From: an uncultured delta proteobacterium
GTDB lineage: Bacteria > Bdellovibrionota > FAC87 > UBA2466
DNA length: 64,000 nucleotides
Direction of reading: 5' to 3'
NCBI GenBank assembly: GCA_963778115.1
Contig: CAVZSV010000004.1
Coordinates: 2,656,001 to 2,720,000 of the forward strand
The position numbers and the translations under genes were made by a program. Under the pieces are notes generated by a model. That model was not told the origin of the DNA. It was given only the letters and a program-made list of their open reading frames with translations, and did not search any database. Shown here piece after piece: positions 29,150 to 39,815 of the stretch (position 1 is its first letter; every line of letters begins with the position of its first letter).

Positions 29150-29821
29150 CTACCAAAAACCAGGAACTGTCCCTTCGGGAGAGGCCTTTAGCGCGGGCTC
29201 GCAAACCTTCGTCTCTTGAGGAGATTGATTAGGTTCAATGGCGGTAAGAACGTGAGAGATCTCTTCTTTCAGGGTCGTTTTGACGTACTCAAGTCTCAGC
29301 GATTTCGGAAAACTAGGCTCTACGGGTTGCAAGCACCATTTTCCGCCAGCGGGTCTAGTAAATTGGGTCCCAAAGAGTTGCTTGTGTCCTATTCTGACTA
29401 GATAGCGATCAATTCCTGCCGCCATTAGCCAGCGTTGAGACTCGTCTCCGAGTTTAACTGCCTCATTTGCCCAAATAAACGTTTGATAAAAATGGTCGGG
29501 GCTATTTCCGTGTTGGAAAACAAGGGCTGCGGATGCGTAATCGGAAGCTTTCTTAAAGCAACCTTGAGCAAAGATGGCGGCGACTCTTATTCTGCGACCG
29601 ATGTCTCGAGGATTTATTACTTTCCAGTCGATTGCCTCGACCGGACCGGATCGGTCCGCCTGGTCTTCTTTAACGATTTGGAGAAGCTCCGCGGATCTCG
29701 CATTTTGGATAGATTCGTTCACCTTGCAGTCTTCGGTAACGTCCGATGCCGTTACTTTCGAATGGGTGCAACCTACGAACAGCAAAATTTCTAAACAGAG
29801 GATAAAAACTAACCAGCGCAT
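29150..29821 (-). CDS. Hypothetical lipoprotein
   Basis: Lipobox FVGC, DQADR, AALVFQHG, DRYL..Q.FGTQ. Confidence 0.75.
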   Translation of the reverse strand: MRWLVFILCLEILLFVGCTHSKVTASDVTEDCKVNESIQNARSAELLQIVKEDQADRSGPVEAIDWKVINPRDIGRRIRVAAIFAQGCFKKASDYASAALVFQHGNSPDHFYQTFIWANEAVKLGDESQRWLMAAGIDRYLVRIGHKQLFGTQFTRPAGGKWCLQPVEPSFPKSLRLEYVKTTLKEEISHVLTAIEPNQSPQETKVCEPALKASPEGTVPGFW

Positions 29822-29936
29822 AGCCCCTTTCTAACATGAAGCTGGAGAAGGGGCCATCTGCCTATTCCTTTCCGTATTCTCTTCGTTCACAGCTAAAATA
29901 TTGCGTTGGGTTGAACGTACTTAGTGGAGTGGACGT

Positions 29937-30839
29937 GTGATCCGTGTGGCATTCTTATTATTGTTAACCGTAGTAGCTTTTCCCACTTTGGGGGATACCA
30001 GCTCCGAAAAGAGTCGTTGGGGAGAGCCCGACGATTTAGGAATTCGCTGGGAAACGCTAAGCAGCACTGAGCAGCTGAAATACATCAATCATATGTTAGA
30101 AACGGCTCCCGGAAACTGGGGGGCTCCCGTCAGTCCCGAAACCTTTCAAGCGGTTTACGGAGTGTCAGATGATCCAAGGCTCCTCCGTCTATCCTCTAGC
30201 GAAGAGATTAAAGGTTCGTCCACCCTTTCACGGGCTTCATTTCTAGCGGGATTGGCAACGCCAAAAAAAGGCTCTGATCACCCTACAACCCCGCAATCGT
30301 ATCTAGAATCCAAACAGGTGGAAGTCCATTCAGAGGGAAGTTTGAGCGAAGACAGCGGCCATTGCCTAGGGGTAGCCTGCTACCGCAGGGAACTTCTAGA
30401 CGCCGACGTTCGAAAACAAAGTCCCCGACAGCTAACTCGCGCCCAGATCGTGGAACTTCATAATTCTCTTAACGATCAATACGAGTCGCAGACTCTGCGG
30501 TGGATTGCTCGAAATCCGCAGCGCGGTAGTCGAAGAATTACCTCCAGCCAATTCCGTTCGCAGCAGGATCTTTTGGACTTTGCCAAGAAACATCCGGGAA
30601 TTAACATTGGGATCACACTCGTTCACGATAACTACCATATGGTTCAAGTTTTCAATGTCGGGGGATATCTTGCGGTGGTTGACCCGAATATCCGAGAGAT
30701 AATGTGGGGGCGTTTCGACGAGAAAAGCACAAAGCTATTCTATGCCACCAAAGATGGAAAGATTAGAACCCAAGCCGATGAAGTCTGCCCCCCTCCGCGT
30801 TACTGGAAGGATTTGGATGAACCACACGCGAAAGAGTGA
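29937..30839 (+). CDS. Secreted protein, candidate papain-fold (YopT-like) cysteine protease
   Basis: Signal peptide; GHCLG, HMVQV, VDPN. Confidence 0.55.
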   Translation: MIRVAFLLLLTVVAFPTLGDTSSEKSRWGEPDDLGIRWETLSSTEQLKYINHMLETAPGNWGAPVSPETFQAVYGVSDDPRLLRLSSSEEIKGSSTLSRASFLAGLATPKKGSDHPTTPQSYLESKQVEVHSEGSLSEDSGHCLGVACYRRELLDADVRKQSPRQLTRAQIVELHNSLNDQYESQTLRWIARNPQRGSRRITSSQFRSQQDLLDFAKKHPGINIGITLVHDNYHMVQVFNVGGYLAVVDPNIREIMWGRFDEKSTKLFYATKDGKIRTQADEVCPPPRYWKDLDEPHAKE

Positions 30840-30890
30840 ACCGAGGGAAATACGAAACGCTAACATCGCTACCCAATAAACCGCAGCGTC

Positions 30891-31241
30891 CTATTTTTTT
30901 CCTTTTTCGGCACTCCCTTGAAGTTCCTGCGCGAATCTTTCTAGGTCTTCTAGGGTGCATCGTTCTCCCCACTCTTTGCATCGCTGAGAGATGAGACCAA
31001 TATCCGCTAGCGGATATTTTTGGTGAAGACGTTCTCCAAGCGCAATCCGCCATTTGCGTTCGCAAGCTTCCTTCTTTGCCGCAGTTTGCTTTTCATGATC
31101 CTTCCACTCATAACCGCAGTTCGCATGAACGAACTTAACCAGAAATCTTTGATCTTCCATCGAGGAGACTACAGGTTTGTCGGGAGCGGAAACACACCGA
31201 GCAAGCACAAGGATTAACGAAGCGACTAGGGTCGTCTTCAT
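30891..31241 (-). CDS. Hypothetical lipoprotein
   Basis: GAGGA RBS, signal peptide followed by Cys. Confidence 0.6.
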   Translation of the reverse strand: MKTTLVASLILVLARCVSAPDKPVVSSMEDQRFLVKFVHANCGYEWKDHEKQTAAKKEACERKWRIALGERLHQKYPLADIGLISQRCKEWGERCTLEDLERFAQELQGSAEKGKK

Positions 31242-31272
31242 GGGAATGTCCTCAAAGTTACTTTGGCCCGAT

Positions 31273-32016
31273 TCATTGCAAGCAGGCGATGATGGATTCG
31301 ATGGCTATTTTAGTCTCTTCCGGACTTCGGACGGAGATAGAATCCACTCCGGCCTCTTTCGCCGGGTAATCGTTGCCATCAGGAAACAGAGCATCTCCGA
31401 TAAAAATCATTTCTTCTATACCTATTTCAAGAATTTCCCGCAGTTTTCTAATCCCATAGCCTTTATCGATACCCGTCTTTGTGACGTCAATGGAAGTAGC
31501 ACCTCCCAAACGAACCGAATATTCGGGAATGATTTTGTCGAGAATAGTTTTCATTTGCTTGCGCTTCGAAAAATCGGGGTCCCACTTTGTTTTCTCTTCC
31601 AACGGAGCCTGTTGACCGAGAGCCGAAAACGTAATCTGGCTGCCGCGATCTTCGATGACCTCTCCCCAGACTTTGTTTGGCTTAAGACCACTTTGCTCGA
31701 CGACGCTATTTAGTGAGTCTACGATCTTAGTTTTTTGATCGGCAGTGAAGCTGTCAAAATAGAGTCGGTTCCAGCCGTTTTCATACTCGTAAAACTGAGT
31801 CCCACAGGTCGGAAGGAGTGAAAGATTTTTCAATCGGTTGTCGCGAGCAAGCTTCGTAACCACTTGCTCTTGAAATTGCTCCCAACGGCCGCCGGAGATG
31901 ACCGCTACCCGACTAACTTTGAGGAGTCGGTTAAGCAGAGAGGCCATTTCAGCGTCTAGGGCTGACTTACTGGCTGCCAAGGTACCGTCTAGATCGAAAA
32001 TAATAAGCTTCTTCAT
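31273..32016 (-). CDS. HAD-IIB hydrolase (phosphomannomutase-like)
   Basis: FDLDGTL, ISGG, EDRGSQITFSALG, GD..GNDY. Confidence 0.9.
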   Translation of the reverse strand: MKKLIIFDLDGTLAASKSALDAEMASLLNRLLKVSRVAVISGGRWEQFQEQVVTKLARDNRLKNLSLLPTCGTQFYEYENGWNRLYFDSFTADQKTKIVDSLNSVVEQSGLKPNKVWGEVIEDRGSQITFSALGQQAPLEEKTKWDPDFSKRKQMKTILDKIIPEYSVRLGGATSIDVTKTGIDKGYGIRKLREILEIGIEEMIFIGDALFPDGNDYPAKEAGVDSISVRSPEETKIAIESIIACLQ

Positions 32017-32074
32017 ATTGAGGAGCACACTAATTCTTTGATAGGCATTCGTCCATCGATTGCCCTGACTGGCG

Positions 32075-33825
32075 CTAAGGCTGCATTAATTCAGGATGGG
32101 AAAAATAGTACCGACGGTGTGCGGCTCCCCGAACGAAATGGTCGGTTTCGGAACGCAGAGAGCGAGCCAATGGGGTGACGTCCTCCACGGCGTAAGCTTG
32201 AGCATTGGCTAAAATCTCCTCGCGAAGTGTCGTTGTCCAGCTCGTAAAAGCTATCGCTTCTCTGGCTTGGAGGTGAGGAGAATGAAGACGCCACCGGGCG
32301 ACAGCGGGCACCGACGATGCCGCATTATAGACGACAAAGCGAACCCCTAGCGCTTTGAGCGTGGCTTCGGGGTCGGGTTCGCCCAATTCAGCAAGTCGCT
32401 CGACTGCCCGCCAGTAAGCGACGGAAAGTAGAAGATCACCCGGTTGTCCCTCGGCACTGATTTCGATAGCATTGTTTTCCAGAAGAAACGCTTCCAACTC
32501 CTGAATGTCTCCATTGGGAAGCCGAATTCCGTCGATATGAGCCGGGTAAGGGTAGAGATGCTTCTCGGCCGAGCGAGCTAGGAAATCTCGGTATTCAACT
32601 ATCGGCCGGCTTTCCGCCATTGCGGCAACCGCTAGTTCGTGCCCCAGTTTTCGTTGTACGAGGTAGTCGGGAAGGTTAGAGAAATCGCGAATTTGAACAG
32701 TCACTCCTCCACGGGAAGGATATTCCGTGCGATTTTGTCTGGTATAAAAGGCGATCTTTAGAGCGTCCCACGTCGAGAGTCCTGGCATCGCTGTCATAAG
32801 ACTCGATAATCGGTAACTCACTCTTTTTACATCAAGTCTATCGAGGAGGCCGGAAAGCGGGGCTACTAAAGTGCGCCAGTTAGGATGGGCTTTGTAGCCC
32901 GAATAAAAGCGCAGGCCGTGCGCGATGGAAAAGCCCCGCGCCCAGACCGGATCTAAGGCGCGGATAAAGACATAAGCCTCTTTCGGGTCTCCGCCTAATA
33001 AGACAAGTTCGCGAGCGGCAAAGTACAGCCCCAATCGAGCGGTCTGTAGAAACAGGCCATCATCTATTTCTGCGGCTCGACTAATTTCCCAAATATAAGG
33101 GTAGGCGTTTCGGTCTATCGGTTTGTCTAAACCAGGCTCAAGAAATAATGGCAACCTTTGATGATTGGGTTGACCGGAGAACAGGCAAGAGGCGGCTTCT
33201 TTTAGTTGATAGCTCGCATCAAGGCGTTCATCTTGGCCGTCGTATCCCATTCCTTCAAACTGGCTGAAATGGTCGGCCACGGCTTCGGTCGCGGCATCTC
33301 GTCTTACTTTTTTCTCGGGAATATTGCCATAGGTCTTAGTTAATTCGTGGCCTGTGTGGGTCGAAGTAAACTCGAAAAAGAGAACCTGCTCGGGTTTGAC
33401 CATCCTAGAGATGATGGACTGTGCCGCTCTCATTTCGGAGTCAATGTAGCCCGCCTCTTGCATGACCTCTAACGGAAAGAATTGGTTGTGTTCGATAAGA
33501 GTGGCTCCTTCGCTGCCGGATTCCGTCTCGTGTTTGAGAGGATTGAGTAGGGAATTCCTCGTCTTGTGGGATGGCAAAACGGATAGGGTTGGAAATGTCC
33601 TCTTATGTCTCCTCGTCCTGCGTCGCTCAAACGGAAAGTATGGTTGCCGGAGAGTCTTAACAGGAATAAGTCGGCGTTATAGAAGGTATGGCCGGAGTAA
33701 TTCCAAACGGTCACCATCGGATCGAATTGGGCCGCTCTCTTAGTTTCCTTCCCACAATCGATATTAGCGGGCAGAAAAGGGGCTGCAAAGAGACCCACTA
33801 ATAGCGTTAGGGTGCGCGACGTCAC
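32075..33825 (-). pseudogene. Probable single secreted protein split by a frameshift (ORFs 33469-33825 and 32075-33577)
   Basis: Signal peptide only in the upstream ORF; the overlapping downstream frame is open from about 33675 and has no convincing start. Confidence 0.45.
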
Positions 33826-33908
33826 GCGTTTTCATAACACAAACGCTACAGCCTTCTCGACCACAAAGTGAACGGGCTTTAGGCCCTAGAATTTCAAGGT
33901 CTTAGCTA

Positions 33909-34874
33909 TTAATTCATAGCGGCTTCGGCCACAGGAGCATAAGCCAACGGAGTGAAGGAAAAGGTAGAAGCTACTTTCCTAATATGTCCCACTCCCGGAA
34001 AAGCTAGGTGAGCGGCCGCTATCATGTCATTCGCTTTAGCGGCTTGAGTAAAATCCTTCATTCGCTCAGAAGCTGCGAGCTTGCTGTTCCAGTCAAAAAC
34101 CAACGTAGCCGCGGGAACGGGAAATTGAACGGCCGCTACGTGAATCATATCGCCAAAGAGCCAGAGCTTTTGGTTCTTTGATTCAACGGTATAAACGGTG
34201 TGCCCCGGGGTATGGCCATAAGCCGCGTGAGCGTGAACTCCAGTGACCAATTCAGTGTCTCCGTCGAAAGGCTTAAATTTGCCATCGGCTTGATAAGGGG
34301 CAAAGGTTGCTTTGGCATTGGTGAACATCGATTTCATCATGGAGTTGGTCACTTTGGCGGCTTCACTATCGCTCAACCAAAATTCTGATTCGCGGCGATC
34401 TACGCGAAGTACGGCGTTGGGAAAATTCTTTTTACCGTCGGTCGTAAGACCCCCCAAATGATCGCTGTGCATGTGGGTAAGATAGATTTCATCTACCTGC
34501 TCCGGCTGATATCCCGACGCTTTGAGATTTTCTATGAGATGTCCCACTGTCGGCCCCATGAATTTACCAGTACCAGTATCGACGAGAACGAGCCTAGTTC
34601 CCGTATTGATCAAAAAACCGTTTACCGAAGTAATAACCTGGGGACCTTGATAGGCCTGAGCGAGAAGCCGTGTCACTTCGGCGGACGTGGTGTTGGCTAA
34701 GACATCGCCGACTTTCATAGGAAAGGTTCCGTCTAGCAGAGTAGTGACCTCAATATCGCCGATCATGAAACGGTAGTACGCTGGAGCCTGTGTTTTTATC
34801 TGCGGCGCCCGAGCCGTGACCAGTTGCGGTACGACGAAAATGATTAAGGCCAGTCCGATAAGTAAACTCTTCAT
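33909..34874 (-). CDS. Secreted MBL-fold metallohydrolase (methyl-parathion-hydrolase-like)
   Basis: LVDTG, THMHSDHLGGL, GHTPGH, GDMIH, AHL.FPG. Confidence 0.9.
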   Translation of the reverse strand: MKSLLIGLALIIFVVPQLVTARAPQIKTQAPAYYRFMIGDIEVTTLLDGTFPMKVGDVLANTTSAEVTRLLAQAYQGPQVITSVNGFLINTGTRLVLVDTGTGKFMGPTVGHLIENLKASGYQPEQVDEIYLTHMHSDHLGGLTTDGKKNFPNAVLRVDRRESEFWLSDSEAAKVTNSMMKSMFTNAKATFAPYQADGKFKPFDGDTELVTGVHAHAAYGHTPGHTVYTVESKNQKLWLFGDMIHVAAVQFPVPAATLVFDWNSKLAASERMKDFTQAAKANDMIAAAHLAFPGVGHIRKVASTFSFTPLAYAPVAEAAMN

Positions 34875-35056
34875 TGATGCCCCCATGCTTATTAAGACCA
34901 ACATCTTAACCCACACGACTCAAATGATGGAGCATTTCCTTGAGATCGTCTGGGATAAAGCGGGCATCTTAGGAAATTTAAGATAAAGGAGCTTAAAGAG
35001 AAGTTAGGTTACGGTCGACAGCGGCCCTTCTGCAGACTATTTATCTATCTCTTGCA

Positions 35057-36025
35057 ATGGGGCCGTTTATGCGCGCAATAGGAATCTTTGCTTCTTTAAC
35101 CTTCCTGTTTTTTAACCGAGTTACTTTTGCCGACAACGATGCGCTTCTCCAAAAGATCATCCAACGGGCTCAAGAATCCAAATCGAATAGCATTGTGATA
35201 GTTCAAAACGAACGGACGATCTATTCCAACTTCTACGGAGGGCGGGACCAGGTTCGTAGCGTTGCCTCTGTTACAAAAAGTATCTGTGCTCTAGCTGTCG
35301 GAGTGTTGCTAGATCAGGGCAAAATTTCTTCTCTGGACCAACCGATGTATACTTGGATTCCCAGCTGGAGATTAGACGGAGAAAAATCAAAAATCTCGCT
35401 ACAAATGATCATGAACCATACGAGCGGGCTTCCCGATGTCAACACAGAGACGGGGTTCTGGCTCCAGCCGGATGCGGTTAAGGCCGCGGAAAATACGAAA
35501 CTCGAGACTCAACCTGGAAGCCATTACCTCTATAGCAACATCGCGACGTCCTTACTTCAACCAGTGATCGAGCAGGCGGCGCGACAATCGGTCACCGACT
35601 TTGTAAAAGACTCTCTTCTGACCCCGCTAGAGATCACTGACTCTAGTTGGGGAAAAGACAGAGTGGGGCACGAAATCACTTCGGGGGGTCTGTTTCTCAG
35701 TACCGCAGATCTCGTTAAGGTGGGAATCATGCTACTTCAAAAAGGGGTGTATAAGGGAAGACGTCTCATTTACGAGAATACCCTGCAGACTTTGGTGACG
35801 AGGAGCCAACCCTTTTTCCCTTATGGATTGTTATTTTGGCTCGAAGTCGCTCCATCAGGAGAGTCCCTCTTTTCGGCGCGAGGTTGGGGAGGCCAGTGGA
35901 TAGTCATTTATCCAGAAAAAAATCTAATCGTCGTTCGGACGAAAGACCCCTTCCAAGTCGAATTAGATAAGAGAGAAGCTCAATCTTTTAGAGATTGCCC
36001 TTCTTTAGTGGCAATGTGGAATTAA
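35057..36025 (+). CDS. Serine hydrolase, beta-lactamase family
   Basis: SVTK, HTSG, YSN, ARGWGGQ. Confidence 0.9.
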   Translation: MGPFMRAIGIFASLTFLFFNRVTFADNDALLQKIIQRAQESKSNSIVIVQNERTIYSNFYGGRDQVRSVASVTKSICALAVGVLLDQGKISSLDQPMYTWIPSWRLDGEKSKISLQMIMNHTSGLPDVNTETGFWLQPDAVKAAENTKLETQPGSHYLYSNIATSLLQPVIEQAARQSVTDFVKDSLLTPLEITDSSWGKDRVGHEITSGGLFLSTADLVKVGIMLLQKGVYKGRRLIYENTLQTLVTRSQPFFPYGLLFWLEVAPSGESLFSARGWGGQWIVIYPEKNLIVVRTKDPFQVELDKREAQSFRDCPSLVAMWN

Positions 36026-36139
36026 TGGTTAATCTCTTCGAGCAAGGCGTTTGCATTTTTTCATGACCTTTGAGAACAGCCTGGACGCAATCATTGGCTA
36101 CATCGGCTAGGGCGCCGGCATGAGGGGGGCAAATACCGA

Positions 36140-36673
36140 TCATTGCACTTCTTGTAATAGTTCGGCCTCCGGTTTAGGTGGCTTTGAAGGATCCGATTTG
36201 GCCGCGTCAGTAGCCGTCGATTCAATCCACAAGTGGCTTTCGCTCTTACTGCAAAGTAGCTCGATCACTTTCACCACCTCATCGTAATCATCTAAAGAAG
36301 TGGGCTTGGTCAAATAAGCGTTCCCGCCAAGAGCACGACATTTTTTCCGATCTAGCGGATAGCAGGAAGAGCTAAACATGAGAACAGGGACTTTAGCCAA
36401 TGATTCCATTTTACGGATCTCAACCAGGACCTCATGACCATCTTTCTTGGGAAGGTTAAGGTCTAAAATAATGAGATCGGGGCGCGGGGCGGACGCATAG
36501 ATTTCTTGGCGATTGAGAAAGGTCACCGCTTCAATTCCGTCGGTAACGAAGGAAAGGTGATATTTTTTTCGAGCACTTAAAATGAGTTCGAGAACAAATT
36601 GATCAGATTCAGTGTCGTCGATAGAAAGAATTTCGATAGGTTCCCCTTGAGTATTATTTCCCTCAGTCCCCAT
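36140..36673 (-). CDS. Single-domain response regulator (Rcp1-like)
   Basis: RPDLIILDLNLPKKDG.EVL, YLTKP. Confidence 0.88.
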   Translation of the reverse strand: MGTEGNNTQGEPIEILSIDDTESDQFVLELILSARKKYHLSFVTDGIEAVTFLNRQEIYASAPRPDLIILDLNLPKKDGHEVLVEIRKMESLAKVPVLMFSSSCYPLDRKKCRALGGNAYLTKPTSLDDYDEVVKVIELLCSKSESHLWIESTATDAAKSDPSKPPKPEAELLQEVQ

Positions 36674-36809
36674 GAGTTATCTCCCGTACTACAAGCTCGT
36701 CTATGGGTTTATAGCCTCTCCCCCCGCGACCCTGTAATAGCCAACTATTACTCCTGCCTAAAAGCAGGATCAAGTCCCTTGTGCTCGATTCTTGCAAACA
36801 AACGAAGTT

Positions 36810-37058
36810 ATGAAGCTAAACAAAAATGAATTTTTAAGGCGTCTGGGGACTTGGATTGCCAAGCTCCGGAAATTACGAGGCTTAGGACAGGATAAGCTCA
36901 CCGAAGAGGCTGGCTTAGCTCGGGGCACCCTCAGCAAAATAGAGAATGGAATTGTGGACCCTAGGGCTACGACGATAGTTAAAGTAGCACATGCTCTGGA
37001 GATCAATCCCCATGAAGTTCTGAAAATGGGATTGGACCGTCGAGAACGCAACAATTAG
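36810..37058 (+). CDS. XRE family HTH regulator
   Basis: LRKLRGLGQDKL...AGL...TLSKIENG..DP. Confidence 0.85.
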   Translation: MKLNKNEFLRRLGTWIAKLRKLRGLGQDKLTEEAGLARGTLSKIENGIVDPRATTIVKVAHALEINPHEVLKMGLDRRERNN

Positions 37059-37466
37059 CCGGCATGTGCGTGTTGCGTTCGGCCACAAAATGGGATCCCG
37101 GCTAGCCCTCTTTTTCGGGGATTATCTTGCCATTGGCCAGCCGAATTGTCGGGGTCATGCGAAGCGCAAGAGATCTATGATGAAACAGACGACGTGTTCG
37201 TGACGTTAAATGGCGTTTGGACGACGAAATGCCAAAAGGTAAAAGAACCCCTTGAGGTGGAAAGCCAAGACGATCTCTTCTTGGTTTTTCCCATCTTAGC
37301 GCATCAGGATAATTTGTCGTGGGATAAAACTTCAGCACCTTTTGCCAGAAAAATCTGGGGCAATCGATCTCATTGCGAGATGAATTGCCCCCTTTCCATT
37401 TTCTAAAGTTGCAGAGTGATCGACTCCGCCCCGAAGATCCATGTAAAAATTTCCTAGTAAATTAAA

Positions 37467-37482
37467 TGGCATGAACGTTGCT
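37467..37482 (+). promoter_or_regulatory. sigma54 -24/-12 promoter
   Basis: TGGCATGAACGTTGCT. Confidence 0.75.
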
Positions 37483-37541
37483 CTTACTTTTTGCCATAGG
37501 CGCGCAGTTCGTTCACACCATCAAAAAAATTAGGGGGCTTT

Positions 37542-38291
37542 ATGAAATCGACTTCTCTTTACGGTACGGTGTTCGCATTAATTTGTTCCATTTTCGGGCA
37601 TAGCATCATGGCCGATACGATTCCTCCTACGGGAAGGGTCGTGGATGTTGCTTCACAGAACCTATTTGTTCCGATAGGGTTCGATGATAACGATGAGACG
37701 CTAGTGGTGTTGGATGGGTACCTTGCTGATACGTGTTACAAAATAACGCCAGCCGTAGTGACCAAAGATCTGGAGCATCATCAAATCATTGTTGAGCAGC
37801 AAGCGCGAGAGTTCCCAGGAATCTGTTTTGATATGACAGTTCCCTTTACCACCGTCGTTAAAGTTGGGGTTCTGCCCGAGGGCGAATTTACGGTGATTAC
37901 CAATCACGGGCAAATGACGCAACGGCTTCCGGTAAAAAGAGCTCCTACGACTTCGCCGGACGATTATCTCTATGCTCCTATCGACAGTGCTCAAGTCGAC
38001 CAAAACAGTGACGGCACCTTCTTTGCGATGTTAAACGGTAGATTCACCACGACTTGCGCCAGTATCGACAGAGTTATCATTACCAACCACGAAAAGACGA
38101 TCGAGGTCATGCCTGTGATGAGTATAAAAAACCAGGCTGACCGAAGTTGTGCCCCTTTAGTGTTTCCCTTTCATAAGGAGATTACGCTTCCCGAAGTTGA
38201 GCCGGGAGCCCATTTGTTGCACGTCAGAAGCCTTGATGGCCAGTCAGTGAATGTAGTCTTTCGAGTCATGCCTCCTACGCAGCAAGACTAG
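37542..38291 (+). CDS. Secreted hypothetical protein, two similar beta domains
   Basis: Signal peptide; FVPIGFDDND..G.L..TCY and a second Cys-paired domain. Confidence 0.75.
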   Translation: MKSTSLYGTVFALICSIFGHSIMADTIPPTGRVVDVASQNLFVPIGFDDNDETLVVLDGYLADTCYKITPAVVTKDLEHHQIIVEQQAREFPGICFDMTVPFTTVVKVGVLPEGEFTVITNHGQMTQRLPVKRAPTTSPDDYLYAPIDSAQVDQNSDGTFFAMLNGRFTTTCASIDRVIITNHEKTIEVMPVMSIKNQADRSCAPLVFPFHKEITLPEVEPGAHLLHVRSLDGQSVNVVFRVMPPTQQD

Positions 38292-38591
38292 TAGTGCAAA
38301 GCTAAACTTTCTCCAGAAGCAGAAAACGTATGTGGCACCGAATCCCCATTCTGATGCTAAGTTGTGCCCTGTTCTCTTCGACTTTCGCAGCTATTGAGCC
38401 CCCCACCCAAGTGGGGGGGCCGTTACAGAAAAACGGCCAAGCCATCAATAAGCGGGTAGATCTCGAATAGGAGTCAGCCACGGGACCTCAAAAAGAGGTC
38501 CCGTGCCCTTTCGAAGAGCCAAAATGTCCCACCTAAGGGTTCTCCTGTCTCGCTTATCCCGTTGCTTTCGCCGAAAAGTGCCTAAATTCGT

Positions 38592-38607
38592 TGGTACGGA
38601 GATTGCT
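38592..38607 (+). promoter_or_regulatory. sigma54 -24/-12 promoter
   Basis: TGGTACGGAGATTGCT 30 bp upstream of ATG 38638. Confidence 0.75.
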
Positions 38608-38637
38608 CTATCTAATAACAATGCGAGAGGAGCCACG

Positions 38638-38934
38638 ATGCAAAGTATGAATATTTCACTCGAAGGAAAAAGCCAAAAGGGACATGCGCTTTCTCATTCT
38701 TTATCTGAGAAAGATGCTTTAAAGGTGATTTGGACCGATGCCCTGGTCGTTACCCCTTCTTCTATCGTTGTCTTAGGAATCTGTTACTCGTTACTTCGCG
38801 ATTCCAACCAAGGGGCGGACTTCGGACAAACGCTCATCGCACTCTTTGGCGTTATCTTTTCGGTTGGTTTTGGTTTTTCGCTGCTTCGGGCTCTTTATCG
38901 ATTCAAAGTAGAACGCGACGATAACTCAAATTAG
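38638..38934 (+). CDS. Small two-TM membrane protein
   Basis: GAGGAG RBS, two hydrophobic helices. Confidence 0.6.
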   Translation: MQSMNISLEGKSQKGHALSHSLSEKDALKVIWTDALVVTPSSIVVLGICYSLLRDSNQGADFGQTLIALFGVIFSVGFGFSLLRALYRFKVERDDNSN

Positions 38935-38948
38935 CAGCAAGGATATTT

Positions 38949-39323
38949 ATGGCAAATTATGTCGTTTGGCTTGACTCCGCTCACGCAAAGATTTTCGAAC
39001 TTCATCCGGAGGAGGCCGTAGAAGAAAAAACGCTGTGGCGCAAAGAGATTCGTCATCACACCGGCGTTGAAAAGGAGCACAATAACCACAAGAACGGAGA
39101 AAAGTTCTTCCATGAAGTCGCGGCCCTTCTTACCGATGCCAACGAGCTTCTTCTCGTGGGGCCTGGCGAAGCCAAAGTCCATTTTCGGACTCACTTGGAG
39201 AGCCATCATCATCCCCAGGTGGCGAAAAAAATTGTGGGAGTCGAAACGGTCGATCATCCGACCGACGGACAGATTATTGCCCTTGCGAAGAAGTTTTTTA
39301 AAAACCATCTGTCCTTTGAGTAG
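38949..39323 (+). CDS. Short aeRF1-like (baeRF / 'translational machinery') protein
   Basis: VVWLD..HAKIF, FFHEVA..L, LLVGPGEAK..F, VGVETVDHPTDGQI.A. Confidence 0.75.
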   Translation: MANYVVWLDSAHAKIFELHPEEAVEEKTLWRKEIRHHTGVEKEHNNHKNGEKFFHEVAALLTDANELLLVGPGEAKVHFRTHLESHHHPQVAKKIVGVETVDHPTDGQIIALAKKFFKNHLSFE

Positions 39324-39331
39324 AAAATCAT

Positions 39332-39739
39332 ATGAAACGACCCATGCCGAAAGTTCAAGAGTTCATGACTCGGTCTCCCAAGACCATGGTGGCTGAAACT
39401 CCACTGGAAACGGTTCAATGTCTCATGAAAGAATGGGGCATCCGACATTTTCCAGTGGAGAAACAAGGCACATTGGTGGGAATCGTTTCCGATCGCAACG
39501 TGAAAGCGGCTTTGCTATCCCCTGAAGGGAAAAGTTTTTCTGCCGAAGATGTGATGGTTCCAGAGCCTTATGTCGTGCCTCCCGATGTTGACCTTGATTT
39601 AGTGGTCTCGGCCATGGCGGAAGAGAAATTTGGATGTGCGATTGTCCAAGAAGGGGATGGTAAGGTTGTGGGAATATTTACCACCGTGGATGCGTGCCGA
39701 GCCTTTTGCCAGATATTAGAAACTAATTACCCTAGCTAA
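39332..39739 (+). CDS. CBS domain protein
   Basis: IRHFPV..LVGIVSDR, VVGIFTTVD. Confidence 0.9.
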   Translation: MKRPMPKVQEFMTRSPKTMVAETPLETVQCLMKEWGIRHFPVEKQGTLVGIVSDRNVKAALLSPEGKSFSAEDVMVPEPYVVPPDVDLDLVVSAMAEEKFGCAIVQEGDGKVVGIFTTVDACRAFCQILETNYPS

Positions 39740-39815
39740 GCGAGCAAACGAAAAACCTGGAGATCTAACGCGGAGGGCCTCACTAGGAGTCCTTTAGCGT
39801 TGTATTTTGTAGGTC

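Noticed and set aside
35057..36025. True beta-lactam resistance gene (also the MBL-fold gene at 33909)
   Set aside because: The motifs define only the fold families; they fit a generic serine hydrolase and a lactonase/phosphotriesterase-type enzyme.
36810..37058. Prophage repressor
   Set aside because: No phage genes nearby; it is a lone XRE regulator.
37102..37406. Short ORFs on both strands after the XRE gene
   Set aside because: No RBS or recognisable motif, and they overlap the candidate enhancer region.
38399..38503. GC hairpins at about 38399-38420 and 38481-38503 as terminators
   Set aside because: No clear U-tract follows either one; role unresolved.
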